In this document: positions 39,175 through 53,153 of the stretch, in pieces
How positions within the stretch are numbered: the first letter of the stretch is position 1
Layout: each line of letters starts with the position of its first letter
NCBI GenBank assembly: GCA_951406725.2
Contig: OX597837.1
Location: 44,640,001 to 44,704,000, forward strand
Origin: Octopus vulgaris
Taxonomy: Eukaryota
Length of the DNA: 64,000 nt
Direction: 5' to 3'
Made by a program: the position numbers and the translations under genes
Notes under the pieces: model-generated
The model's input: the letters and a program-made list of their open reading frames with translations, nothing else
Told to the model about the DNA's origin: nothing
Database searches by the model: none

Positions 39175-39565
39175 TGCCTCAGTTACCTACATCTCATCTA
39201 TTCATGTTTAATCAAAGCACCTCTCAACTTCCTACAGTTCGTCTACCTGTGGCTCATCTAACCAAGTCTCAACTGCCTACAGCTCATCTATCTATAGTTC
39301 AGCTAACCAAGGCTCAACTACATATAGCTCATCTATCTTTGGTTCAGCTAACCTCAGATTAACTGCTCATAGCTCATCTAAACAAGGCTCACTTACTTAC
39401 AGTTCATCTATCTAAGACTCAGCTGATAAAATGCTCAACTGCCTACAGCTCATTCGTTTTTGCTTGACCACTCAACAACCTACAGCTCATGTATCACTGG
39501 TTCATCTAACCACGGCTCAACTACCGTCAGTTTAACTTCCCATGCCTCATCTCTCCACATCTCAT
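39175..39565. repeat. degenerate minisatellite (cagctcatcta/ctcaactacc motifs) in cadherin intron 1
   Basis: Recurring acagctcatcta..aaggctcaact.cct units. Confidence 0.75.
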
Positions 39566-39660
39566 CGATCAATGATTTCCAATACCGTTATACATTCTAT
39601 TGATTGAAAATCAATTAAATCAATATCACGAAGCATATTTCCCTTTGTATTTATCTGTAG

Positions 39661-39717
39661 ATGGCGCTTGTACTGTTGATACATCTATAAAGGCATTCAG
39701 AGAAGACACAGACGAAG
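39661..39717 (+). CDS. cadherin exon 2 (EC1 start)
   Basis: ctgtag/GTAAGT, phase 1-1; YGACTVDTSIKAFREDTDE-G. Confidence 0.85.
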
Positions 39718-39837
39718 GTAAGTTTACACAGCTCATCATTGTAATAATCATTACAGCTTTTAATTAAGTCAAAAATTCTTAGATTTACGTCATACAAAAC
39801 CTTGTTTGTTTTCCTAGAAATTTATGAGAATGTTCAA

Positions 39838-40340
39838 ACCCCAGATCCGCTTTGATCGACAAGTCATACGATACAATTTATTATAGTTTTGACTCCGAGT
39901 TTCATTTTATATAACAGTGACGTTCCGATATGTATATATATCATCTTATGATTTTTTTCGTTAACATTCTGGTTTATAGATTGAATTGATCATCTCATTT
40001 TGCCGGTTCTGTTTTCTCTTCGTCATTGCAATTGTCATCAAATTTTATATATTAGTCATAAGAAGAAATGCAAAGTCCATGACATGTTACAGCGTCCCTC
40101 TGACTACTGGTGTAAAATTAGAAACTTACCACCAGATAGGAAATCTGGCTCAGGTACATCAAAACAGAGAGACTCTGTTAAAGGCGTTGCTGTTATGGCA
40201 GTTTAGCCCCAGATCCGCTTTGATCGACAAGTCATATGCTACAATTTATTTTAGTTTTGACTCCGAGTTTCATTTTATATAACAGCGACGTTCCGATACG
40301 TATATATCATCTTATGATTTTTTTCGTTAAAATTCTGGCT
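39838..40340. repeat. direct duplication of about 135 bp (39838-39975 and 40207-40340)
   Basis: ccccagatccgctttgatcgacaagtcata...atcttatgatttttttcgttaa occurs twice. Confidence 0.9.
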
Positions 40341-40515
40341 TATATAAAGATAGTTCCACATTTCGAAACTCTACTTTAGTGTTGTTTTCTTGATAAATAC
40401 CCTTTAAAAACTTCAAAATATGATGAAATACTGGTACTATGAAATGAATCACTATCCTCACCCACCCACACACCTGCACATTCGTCTCTTAATTATATGT
40501 TAGTGATATGGCGCA

Positions 40516-40585
40516 GTCACTGATGAGAAATTTCGCCTAGCAAATTAATTTATTTGCTAAAAACATTTAGAAACCTATGTCTGAC
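40516..40585 (+). ncRNA. type I hammerhead ribozyme motif in cadherin intron 2
   Basis: gtca-CTGATGA-gaaat...tagcaaat/atttgcta hairpin...attta-GAAAC-CTAT-GTC-tgac. Confidence 0.75.
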
Positions 40586-41092
40586 CGGATTAAAATCACA
40601 ACATAAAAGTTTTTATTTTTCATTCCTTTTGAAGATTGCTCTCAAATGTGGTTTTGGTCGTTTTGACTACTTCTTCTAGCGTGTAAAAACTGCCTGTTGT
40701 AGGCAGTTTTCTGTTGTGTTTAAATGTACACTATTTTATATTAAGTATATATATATATCAGCACACACACACATATATAGATGTGACTTTTAACACTATA
40801 CTTATTTAAGGTGGATTTTTTCCGGAAGGAAAACTGACGCTTCTGGCGCGTTGTATTGATAACATTTTTATCATAGAGCTGGTTCTATTACATAATTCGA
40901 ATAGAATTTTTGAGTCCGAATTCTGCTGAACTTGACGTACGGGATCAATAAAATAGAAACCAATTGAGGACGGGGTTCAATGAAACCGACTTATCCACCC
41001 CCACAAAATGCTGGCCTTATACCAAAATTTGAAACTAAAACTAGGGACAAAAGAATTAATTTCTCTTCGTGTTTTTGATTCCCCATTGACAG

Positions 41093-41256
41093 GAACAGTT
41101 ATTCTGAAAATACCGTTTAACAGAAAAGAAAAATGGGAGTTTCAAGAAGAAGAACCGTTTGGCTATCTTGAAATGAACACAACAGCAGGCGGAGATCATG
41201 TGATCACATTTATCCAGTCACCTGACTTAGAAGAAATAAACCAGAAAGATTCCGAG
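41093..41256 (+). CDS. cadherin exon 3 (EC1)
   Basis: tgacag/GTAGGT, phase 1-0; TVILKIPFNRKEKWEFQ...HVITFIQSPDLEEINQKDSE (DLE approximates the DRE/DYE motif). Confidence 0.85.
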
Positions 41257-42389
41257 GTAGGTATTATCGACAAAGAAAAATGGTAAAACTTGGGAGTAAA
41301 TTCGGGTGAGAAAGTAGTTTCGCTTCTTAGATGTTGCCATTTTCATTAAGGTATGAGATAGATTTCTTTGGGGTAATCATTCTGACTTTCTGGACTCTGG
41401 GTTCGAATAATTAGTGGTACCTGTAATTAGTGTACCTGTAATTCAAAAGTTGCAGCTTTGTCACAACCTTGTGTCACGTTGGTTCTGTCCGAGAATTACG
41501 CTAAGGGTTTACGAGTTTTGCGATTCTCCGTTACTGGCGCCATAATTCAGGAGCGGGTAACTCAATTGATTAAACAAGTGAATCTTCTTCGTCGAACGAC
41601 GGAGAACCAGCACCACTAATATATTAATTATGCACATTTTCCTCAGCTGGGTTAACATGCAGCTTAGGAGTTTAAAAATATAAAAGAAAATTCACCAGAA
41701 ATGATGACATCCCTTAATTTCATTAAGGTTATACATACATGTGAAATAATCAGGGATTTACTCGGTAATTGAAGGGCAGCTAATTCTGTTGATCAAACAA
41801 TTGAATCCTCGTCGTGGAACGACGGAGATCCACCGCCACTAGATTTAAACTGTAGCCCGGTTTAACCCCACCAAATGGCCGTTGGGAACCTTTACCAAAG
41901 TTCACTTTGTTGCAAGTGTCCGGGGCTTAGATTTCCTGTTTAACGATTATACCTTCCATCAAAAAGGGTTAAAGCTCCTTCCCAAGTTATACAGACCCAT
42001 AAGTCCGGTTTTGCCCTTGAATGGGGTGCTTGTCTGTCGCTGGGTCACTCATTTTTGCGAGCTGGTTGCTCTGGTCGCAGGGTCACTCATTTTCGCCAGC
42101 TGGGTGCTCTGGAACAAATTGAAATGCTTTGCTGAAGAACACAACGCATTGTCCGGTTCAGGGACCGAAGTCACAATTTTACGATCAAGGGATGTAACCA
42201 CGCCCTAAACACTGATCGAAATGACTCCATGCGTTAAGAGGCCTTTCTGAACAAATGGTTTATAAAAATAACTGTAAAATCTAATAATTGTTTATTTTAT
42301 AATTTTACCATTTCACAGATTTTGTCAAACCTTCTTCGTCTCGTTTTACTCTATTTTCTCCACTTTTTTTTGTATTTCTTTTGCAATAG

Positions 42390-42452
42390 GAACCTGTCAT
42401 AGAATCTTTGAAATACACACTTAACTGCACAGAGGACGGCATGACTCACACG
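42390..42452 (+). CDS. cadherin exon 4 (EC1)
   Basis: caatag/GTAAGG, phase 0-0; EPVIESLKYTLNCTEDGMTHT. Confidence 0.8.
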
Positions 42453-43339
42453 GTAAGGCTTCACCATTATTTTACGACGAGGTTTTGCGTTCGATTCAAT
42501 CTTGTTTCTTTACTAATGTTGTTATTAAACTGAAAGAAGTCCCTCATATATATGCGTATGTGTGTGTGTTTGCCCCCTATCATCGCTTGACAACCAATGC
42601 TGGTGTGTTTACACCCCTGTAACTTAGCAATCCGGCTAAAGAAAATCGATAAGTACTAGGCTTACAAAAAATAAGTCCTGGGGTCGATTTATTTGACTAA
42701 ACACCCTTTAAGACGGTGCTCCATCAAGGCCGCAGCCAAATGACAAAGAATAAAAGAATAAAATTAAAAAAATAGATATAGTGGCTGTGTGGTAAGTAGC
42801 TTGCTTACCAACCACACGGTTCCGGGCTCAGTCCCACTGCGTGGCACCTTGGGCAAGTGTCTTCGACTATAGCCTTGGGCCGACCAAAGCTTTGTGAGTG
42901 GATTTGGTAGACGGAAACTGAAAGAAGCCTGTCGTATATATATATATATATGTATGTATATGTGTGTGCGTGTTTGTGTGTCTGTGTTTGTCCCCCCAAC
43001 ATCACTTGACAACCGATGCTGGTATGTTTACGTCCCCGTTACTTAGCGGTTCGGCAAAAGAGACCGATAGAATAAGCACTAGGCTTACAAAGAATAAGTC
43101 CCGGGTTGAGTTGCTTGATTAAAGGCGGTGCTCCAGCATGGCCACAGTCAAATGACTGAAACAAGTAAAAGACTAAAAGAGTATATATGTACACACACAC
43201 ACGCATGCACGAAACATATTTTAATCCACCGTCTGGAAGATTTAGGGACATCAAATGAGAAGGATGAAAATATCTGCTCATTTATATAAGCTATAGGTTA
43301 TAATGCGAAGAGTGTCTGAATATTATGTGCAGCAGCATA

Positions 43340-43443
43340 TAGTACAAATTCCAGTTTTTCAACAAATATTTGCCAAGAGTAAATACTTGTTAAATGCTGT
43401 CACTTTAGCAAATATTTCCTGAAAAACTGGAATTTCATACTAA
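43340..43443. repeat. small MITE-like hairpin
   Basis: aaattccagtttttca..aaatatttgc / gcaaatattt..tgaaaaactggaattt. Confidence 0.7.
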
Positions 43444-43768
43444 CTCCGGACTGCTTGGTTCTATGTTTAATAGTCACACACGCTTTATATCATTTCCTTT
43501 TTCTACACAGGAGAACAGATTTTCGTTCTTTCTACTATTTTCGTAATCCTGGACCGTCCATTCGCAATGGATTAACCTACTTTTATGTGTAGATGGTTGA
43601 ATCTCTCTGTATGTATGTATGTACATAATACATACATACAAACATACATAAATTCATACATTCATGCATACATACAAACATACATACATACATACATACA
43701 TACATACATGCATACATACATGCATACATACATACATACATACATACACACACATACATACATACGCA

Positions 43769-43840
<72 letters not shown>

Positions 43841-44149
43841 TATATATATTAATTGATAATACTGCACTAATTTTGATTCTGTCGGGACCCAATTATATAT
43901 CCGAACTTAATATATTCTCCTAATATTTCTTTTCTTTCTAATTTTATTCTTATCATTATATATTTTCCCCATTGCTTCAAAACACGAACTCATATAAAGA
44001 ATCTTGCAAACCAAATCCAAAAACGAAACATACATCAATGATTTTGAAGTTTCTTCCAGTTGTGGGAATTTATTTGTTTATGACCTAAGCTGAATTTGGT
44101 GGTTCGTGTAGAATTTGCATTAATTATATCAATTACATTTGTCTTTCAG

Positions 44150-44233
44150 TACAAGCAAAGTGTAGCTATTGCTGACGTCAATGAAAAGCGGCCGTATTTT
44201 ACAATGTCATCTTATGTCACTGATATTGATGAG
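44150..44233 (+). CDS. cadherin exon 5 (EC1-EC2 linker)
   Basis: tttcag/GTACGT; YKQSVAIADVNEKRPYFTMSSYVTDIDE (DxNDNxPxF-like). Confidence 0.92.
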
Positions 44234-44379
44234 GTACGTATCACCCTGTATAGAATAACATGTGTGTATAAATGTATGCATGCATGCATGTATGTATATC
44301 TATATATATATGCGTGTGTGTGCGTGTGTGTTTACACACACACGTTATCTATCTATTTATCGATCTACTTATCTCTCTC

Positions 44380-44465
<86 letters not shown>

Positions 44466-45894
44466 TGTATGTATGTATGTATGTATGAATAAGCGCTCAC
44501 GCACACTAGGAAAAAACTTCTTACAAGAAGGTTAATAACACCCAGGTAAAAGATTTTATAACGTTTTTTAAAAAATGTTTTTAAAAATCCCTTTTGTACG
44601 TAAAAACTGTATTAAGTAATTTTCACAGAGACTTTCAAATATATATATATACATGTGTGTGTTTGTGTGTGTGTATACATACATATAGGCAAATTTGTCG
44701 TTGAAAATGAAACTAAATTTGAAAAATTTGTAATTGTTTAAAATATATACCACACCAGTTTCAATAATATTTTTTGTTTAGCAATGGTAAAAATTTAGAA
44801 TTATGAATTAGAAAAACATATTTAAAAGTTTCAATGTTGACAAATTTAAATGTTCATAACAGGCAAAGTTAGAATTATGAATTAGAAAAACATGTTGAAA
44901 AATTTCGATGTTGACAAGTTTAAATGTTCATAGCAGTCAATAATATTAAAACTGTGCATCGATTTGTTTGAATGTACAAAGCTCATTAGAGTTAGTAGTG
45001 GTCGACAAGAAATTAATAGTGTTGTTGTTGTAGTTATTACTGTTGTTATTATTATTACTGATATTTTAAGGCGGCGACCCGGCAGAATCGTTAGCACGCA
45101 GGATACAATGCTTGGCGGTATTTCGTCTGTCTTTACGTTCTGAGTTCAAATTCCGCCGAGGTCGACTTTGTTTTTCATCCTTTCGGAGATCAATAAATTA
45201 AGTATCAGTTGCATATTGGGGTCGATTTAATCGATTATCCCCCTCCCTCAAACTTCAGGCCTTGTGCCTATAGAAGAAAGGATTATTACTGATGTTGCTA
45301 AGGCAACGAGCGGGCAAGATCGCTAGCACGACGGGCAAAATGCTTAGCGGTATTTCATCCGTCTTTACGGTCAGTTTAGTCCATTTAACCCCTCCTCCAA
45401 AACTGCTGATCTTGTGCCTTTAGTAGAAAGGATTATTATTATTATTGCTGTTGTTGTTTTTAAGGTGGTGACCTGGCAGAATCGTCAGCACACCGGGAAA
45501 AATGCTTAGCGACATTTCATCTGTCTTTACGTTCTGAGTTCAAATTCCGCCAAGGTCGACTTTGTCTTTCATCCTTTCGGTGCCGATTAAATAAGTACCA
45601 GTTATGCACTGGGGTCGATGTTATCAACTTAATACCTTTGTCTGTCCTTGTTTGTCCTCTCTGTGTTTATCCCCTTGTGTGTAGTAAAGAAATAGGTATT
45701 TCGTCTGCCGTTACGTTCTGAGTTCAATTTCTGCTGAGGTCGACTTTGTCTTTCATCCTTTCAGTGTTGATAAAATAAATACCTGTTGAATACTGGGGTC
45801 GATGTAGTCAATGGAACCCCTCTCCCTGTCATACATGCCTTCTGCCAATAATGTTAAACTATTATTATTGTTGTTGTTGTTACTGTCATTTCAG

Positions 45895-46002
45895 TTAACG
45901 ATGCCTGGAAGCATCATTTTCACTCTAAACGATAAGGCAATAGATGATGACATCACTGGGAGTATCGCGTTGTTTCGTCTTCATCCTTACAACGACAGCG
46001 AG
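45895..46002 (+). CDS. cadherin exon 6 (EC2)
   Basis: tttcag/GTGAGT; LTMPGSIIFTLNDKAIDDDITGSIALFRLHPYNDSE (AxDxD motif). Confidence 0.92.
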
Positions 46003-46214
46003 GTGAGTAACGTCCGTTATTTTCAACTGGAACACTCCTTCCCCACTCCCCTTCATTTATCACTCGTGTCTTCATCCATCAGTTCATTTATTCATTAATC
46101 AATTCCTTCACTCACCTATGGATCAATTCATCCATTTCACTACGGTCGATGTAATCGATACGCCTTTTTCCTCCACCTCAATATCTCAGGTCTTATGGCA
46201 ACAGGAGAAAAAAA

Positions 46215-47180
46215 ATTATTCATTCGTACATTTATTTATTCATCACTCATTCATCACTCATTCATCACTCATTCATCACATCATTCGTACATTTATTCAT
46301 ATTCGTACATTTATTCATCATTCATTCGTATATTTATTTATTCATCACTCATTCATCACATCATTCATCACATCATTCTTACATTTATTCTTATTCGAAC
46401 ATTTATTCACCATTCATTCGTACATTTATTTATTCATCACTCATTCATCACATCATTCATCACTCATTCATCACATCATTCATCACTCATTCATCACATC
46501 ATTCAACACTCATTCATCACTCATTCATCTATTGATCTAGTGATTCATTCATTGATCTCTTCATTCATTAAGTGATTCCTTCTCTCATATATAGGTACAT
46601 CCAGCCACTTAGTTATTCACTCACTCATTCATTCATTCATACATAACATTCATTCATCAATTGATCCATTCTTCTCCTCGTGTAAAGATTCGTTCATAGT
46701 AATCTATTTTTTATTCACTCATTCGTTCATTCATTCATTTATTGATCCATCGATTGATTGATTGATTGATTCAGTCGTTGAAACCGTCTCTCATGTATTG
46801 ATCCATTCACCAATTAGATTATTCATTCCTTCATTCAAATACCCATTACTCATTCATCAATTGATCCATTGACTCATTCTTTAACCCATCCATCCGTTCA
46901 TTCATTCACTCATTCAACCATTCTCAAATTAAATCATTCACTCATGTATAGAACCAAACAACTATCACTCATTCTGTCTTTCATTCATTCATACATTCAA
47001 TGGTGTTTCATTCACTGTTTGATTCATTCATTGAGTAATTTATTGATTCCTTCATTCTTCTATCCATCACTCATTCCTTAACTAACTCCTTCATTACTTT
47101 ATACATTCATTCACCCATTCTTCATACACACCTATTTTTTCCTTTACTAATTCATTCCATCTCATTCACTTCTACATTCA
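46215..47180. repeat. (TCAT)n-derived low-complexity array
   Basis: tcattcatcac/ttcattca units over about 1 kb. Confidence 0.85.
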
Positions 47181-47310
47181 CAAAGCCCGGATAAAATGCA
47201 GTTCTGCATTTTGTCCGGGGCATTGATGTCTCTCTAACTGTCCTCCTACTTTTTTTTTGTCATATTTCGTTTTTTGTTTTTTGACTTATTGATTTCTTTT
47301 ACCCATGTAG

Positions 47311-47436
47311 GTAGATGGAAGAGGAAAGTTCTCTCTGTCAGCTGGAGGGCGGGAAATCATCCTTACAGAAGTACTTGACTATGACACAATGTGGCCAACC
47401 GGGTCCACGCACTACATCCTCAATATATCTGTACAG
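47311..47436 (+). CDS. cadherin exon 7 (EC2); not in ORF track
   Basis: atgtag/GTGAGT; VDGRGKFSLSAGGREIILTEVLDYDTMWPTGSTHYILNISVQ (LDYD motif). Confidence 0.92.
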
Positions 47437-47706
47437 GTGAGTGAGGTTTTGTCCTAGGTACTTAGTCCACACTATTCTATAAGGAGCATAGGGCCGGTTT
47501 CCTGGTTTCTCTGGCACATTAATTCCTCCTTGGATGGGACGCTGATCCGTCACAGGATTACTCGTCTCTACCAGCTGAGTGGACTAGGGCAACGTGAAAG
47601 GAAGTGTTTTGCTCAAGAACATAACGAATCGCCCTGTCCAGGAATCGAAACTACAATCTTACCGTCATAAGCCCAACACCCTAACCACTAAGCCACATAC
47701 CTCCAT

Positions 47707-47816
<110 letters not shown>

Positions 47817-48429
47817 GACAGGCTTCTTTCAGTTTCCGTCTACCAAAACCACTCACAAGGCTTTGGTTGGCCCGAGGCTATAGTAGAAGACACTTGCCCA
47901 AGGGTGCCACGCAGTACGACTGAACCCGGAACCACGAGGTTGGTAAGCAAGCTACTTACCACACAGCCACTCCTGCGCCTCAAACATTACTTCTCAGAAG
48001 TAAGTGAAAATATCGAAGTGGATTTGGTGGCTAGAGACTGTATTGAGCCTTCTGGTGGAGGGTTGGAGGGCTGGAGGGCACACGGTGCAGCGAGTTCAGA
48101 ATGTTAATGAGGAGACTATCTGGTGCTTATTTTGATGTCAGTGATGGAAGTAATCAAATATTTTAGATGAAAATCCCGAGAGTAAGAAAACAAGCGTTGA
48201 TCCGCTGCGGAGACAGGAATGAACCGACCCCAAAGTCTGCGCGTGTATGTGTGTGTGTGTTATTGATTATGTGAGTATCTATGTGTGTGAGTGTGTTCAT
48301 GACTGAGCATGTGTATATATTTGCGTGTTTAGCTGTGTGTTTGAGTGTGTGTGTGAAAGCATGCACTTTTAAACTGGTTCACCCGTATCATCTCATACAT
48401 TGAAGAAAGTGGCTTTAGGTAAAAGCGGG

Positions 48430-48664
48430 GTAGGGAACAGGGAGAGAAAGAGACAAGAGAGAGAGAGAGAGAGATGGTGAGAGAGAGAGAGAGAGAGAGA
48501 GGGAGGACGAAATCAATGATAGGGAGGAGAAATAGGGACACCAAGAAAGAAACTAACAAAGAAAAATATTAAGGAATAAAATATGAGACAAAAGGAAAGA
48601 GAGAAAGAAAGAAAGAAAGAAGGAAAGAAAGAGAGGAAGAAAGAAAGAGAGAAAGAAAGAAGGA

Positions 48665-48703
<39 letters not shown>

Positions 48704-48780
48704 GAAAGAAAGAAAGAAGGAAAAAAGAAAGAGGTTGGGGCAGAGAGACGCAGGAAAATGAAAGAGAGGCAGAAAGAGTG

Positions 48781-48825
<45 letters not shown>

Positions 48826-49020
48826 GGGAGAGAGAAGCAGAATGAGTGAGACACAGTAAAAGAGAGTCAGAAATAGAGCGAGAGAGAGAGGAAGTTTGAA
48901 AGAGAACGAGAGAGATGACGAATGAGCATGAATGAAAATAAAAAAATAGAGTGAATTAGTATGGAGTGATGAGGGGGAAGGAAGAGAGAGAGAGAGCGAG
49001 AGAGAAAGAGAGAGAGAGAG
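48430..49020. repeat. purine-rich (GA)n/(GAAA)n tract
   Basis: Read directly. Confidence 0.9.
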
Positions 49021-49192
49021 AGGATATAGTTTCACCCAATTGACAAACGGACAGACAGACAGACAGCAGTTAAGTAGTAAGGCCCAATAAAGAGATTGTA
49101 AAGCTGTCCGAAGACGTTGGTCTTCTGGATAGAATCTTCACCATTTCAAGAATGTCTTTGAAGGAAATGTTTCATTTTATGGGACGAAATGT

Positions 49193-50321
49193 GGTATGTA
49201 TGTATGTATGTATGTATGTATGTATGCATGTATGTATGCATGTGTGTGTGTATGTATGTATGTATGTATGTGTGTATGCATGTATGTATGTATGTATGTA
49301 CGTACGTACGTACGTACGTATGTATGTATGTGGCTGTGTATGCATGCATGTACGTATGTATGTATGTATGTATGTACGTACGTACGTACGTACGTATGTA
49401 TGTATGTATGTATGTATGTATGTATGTATGAATGTATGTATGTATGTATGTACGTACGTACGTATGTATATATGTATGTACGTACGTACGTACGTACGTA
49501 TGTATGTATGTATGTACGTACTTATGTATGTATGTATGTATGTATGTATTATGTTTGTATGCATGCATGTACATATGTACATATGTATGTATGTACGTAC
49601 GTACGTATGTATGTATGTATGTACGTACGTACGTATGCATTTATGTATGTACATATGAATGTATGTATGTATGTACGTACGTACGTACGTACGTACGTAC
49701 GTATGTATGTATGTATGTATGTATGTATGTATGTATGTATGTATGTGGGCATGTGTATGTATGTATGTATGTATGTATGTATGTATGTATGTATGTATGT
49801 ATGTATGTATGTATGTATGTATGTATGTATGTATGTATGTATGTATGTATGTATGTGTGTGTGTATGTATGTATGTATGTATGTATGTGTATGTATGTAT
49901 GTATGTATGTATGTATGTATGTATGTATGTGTGTGTATGTATATATGTTCGTATGTGCAAGTATGTTTGTGTCTGTTTATGTCTTATGCATGAGTGTGTG
50001 TATGTTTGTGTGTGTATGTGTATGCATATATGTAAGTATGCGTATCATGTATGTCACTAGGTGTATTTGTGAGGGCGCGTGCATGTGAATGTGTGTGTCT
50101 ATGTGTGTTTATACATGCTTGTGCATCTGTGTGCTTCTGTTGTTTCCGTGCGTGTCTGTATGTGTGTGTGTATGTGTGTGATGTTAATGTGTGTGTGTGT
50201 GTATCTATTTATGTATGTATTTTTGCATACTGTCGCTATGCGTGATTACGTACATGTGTATGCATGCATGTGTGCATGTGCCTATGTAGATATGTTTGTG
50301 TGTGTGCATGTGTGTATGTAT

Positions 50322-50364
<43 letters not shown>

Positions 50365-50390
50365 TGTGTGTGTGATGCGTGTGTGTGTGT
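49193..50390. repeat. compound (TATG)n/(TACG)n/(TG)n microsatellite
   Basis: Read directly; produces the stacked YVCM/YVRT ORFs. Confidence 0.95.
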
Positions 50391-50693
50391 GTTGTAGATC
50401 GGATATTTCAGGACCCAGTATATGAGGAATCTGTTATGCGTCTCCCTGTCATCCGTGGAATGTGTCAAGTAACATTCTGGAGAGAGCTTTCTACTGAACC
50501 AACCTGGAAAATAATCCACAATTCTGCACTTTAGAGGGTCTTCAACTTTCTGATGTACTAAGACGGTGACTAGATACTCACGTGTCGTCCTTATCATCGC
50601 CAGAGTAAGAAACAAAGAGAAAATAGAGCACCGTTTCTACATGCGTATATGTATGCATGTATATATGTATGCATGTATATGTATGTGTTTATA

Positions 50694-50730
<37 letters not shown>

Positions 50731-50891
50731 TTAAGTGAGATTCAGGTAAAAGCCTTGTAGATGCTGTGCAAAGCTCGTCCACACTTATCGGCTACCTGAT
50801 GTCATCATGCAATATAAATATTGCTAGTTTTATTTGTCTGCTTTTTATCCATGCATTTTGTATCGTCATTGCATGTGTATAATATATATGG

Positions 50892-50935
<44 letters not shown>

Positions 50936-50951
50936 CACATACACATATACA

Positions 50952-51031
<80 letters not shown>

Positions 51032-51241
51032 CAAATATACATATATATATTCTTTTACTTGTTTCAGTCATTTGACTGCGGCCATGCTGGAGCATCGCCT
51101 TGAATGGTTTTCGTCGAACAATATGATGCCATACATATGCTGTAGTGTTTCTCTTGTTTCAAATGCGTGTCAGTGTTTTTCGGGGGGGTCGGGTGGTGGA
51201 TGGTTTTATCATCAATCAAACAAAATATAACCCAGCATGTT

Positions 51242-51362
<121 letters not shown>

Positions 51363-51518
51363 ATCAGTTTGCATGCATGTATGTATGTATGTATGTATGT
51401 ATATGTGTACGTGTATTTTTTTGATCGTTTTTAATTATTCAAATTCTTCCTCTCAGGAAGCAGCTGGTTTCCATCAAAGATTCAAAGTTCCATCGTTGGA
51501 CAGTAGATAATAAAAACG

Positions 51519-53081
51519 TCACATTTTAAACTTACGAAAAGTCTTGCATCTTTTTACTGTTCCGCTTACAGTTTGTATATTGTAATGTGTGGGTTTCTTT
51601 TTTGAAAAGCCTTGCTTATCCAGATTGTCACTTAGGCATTTCCCCACAAAACTAAGTGTACCAATTATTGATGGTATAAATGTAAATATATAATCTGGAT
51701 ACAGTAGCCGAAAGAATCGAAGCAGTTGTCCATAGCTAACCTCTTTCACTTTGATTTTCAAAGAGATGTTCACATAAGCAGGGCATCTGACCTTTATGAC
51801 AGTACTACCTTCTGAGTTCAAATTTCGCCTTTCATCCTTTCGGGGTCGATTAAATAAGTACCAGTTACGCACTGGGGTCGATATAATCGACTTCATCCTT
51901 TTGTCTGCCCTTGTTTGTCCTTTCTGTGTTTAGCCCCTTGTGGGTAGTAAAGAAATAGGTACATACAATTTCTTGTCTGTCCCAAATAACAATATCCAGC
52001 CCGTTATGTTTATGCTTGAGAGATGTTTTGATGGAAATGTTCCACCAATATTCCTTGTGTTAATATTTGTGTATGTATTTAATAACAGGAGGATGCGCTA
52101 TAATTTTCTTTCAGGAAAATCTTTTTACCGAAAGTCATTGTATATTGTTTTCGCGACTACATCGTGTCGCATGGGGAAGCAGAATTTTGATGACATTTTT
52201 GGGTCAGCTGCTAATCACACGTGTCAGTTCTTCCACAGAAATATGACATACTCTACATTTTCGATTGGATCTTGGAACACCAAAGGCTTTCCTGTCTCTT
52301 TTATTTATAATGTATTTCATAGCAATCTTCAGTTTTGGGGTTGCAAATGCCTTCAGCGCGGCGAGCTGGCAGAAACGTTAGCACGCTGGGCGAAATGCTA
52401 AGCGGTTTTTCGTCTGCTGTTACGTTCTGAGTTCAAATCCCGCTGAGGTCGACTTTGGCTTTCATCCTTTCGGGGTCGATTAAATAAGTACCAGTTACGC
52501 ACTGGGGTCGATATAATCGACTTAATCCGTTTGTCTGTCCTTGTTTGTTCTCAGCCTTCGAAGTGTGATGCGATGCAGCAATCACGAGTTCAAGAGATGC
52601 TTCGCTTCATGTCAATTTATCTTCGGGAAAGATACCCATGTATAGCCTTTTTTTTTTTTTGTATGCTGAGAGTTTCACATTCGGATATTCTATGAGGTAT
52701 GTTAACCCGACTAGTTTGGGGTTATACGGAAGGTCATCGGGAAGGGAGTGCTTCTTGAGGGGCCGGCTGCCGACACGTAGGATATTGTTCTCTTCACTCT
52801 ACAGCACAAAGTCAATGCATTTATTTTTGTTGCTGATATATATATATATATATGCCATGAGACGCCATGATAGATCGTTAACCACTACACACATTTTTTC
52901 TCTCTTTTTTTCCCTTTTTTTCTCTCCTGTTTTTCTCTCCTTGTTTTTCTGTGTCCCTTTCTGTAGAAGAGCGTAGGCTCGAAACGTAAAAGACTTTTTC
53001 TATTCCTGAGCGTTATACTAATACATCTGTTTGTATTGTACACCACCCGCCTTCGTCTTTTGTTCTTTTCGTAAACTCTCC

Positions 53082-53153
<72 letters not shown>

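Noticed and set aside
43511-43580. Strong-looking acceptor ttctacacag in cadherin intron 4
   Set aside because: Exons 4 and 5 already join in frame into a complete EC1, and there is no convincing donor.
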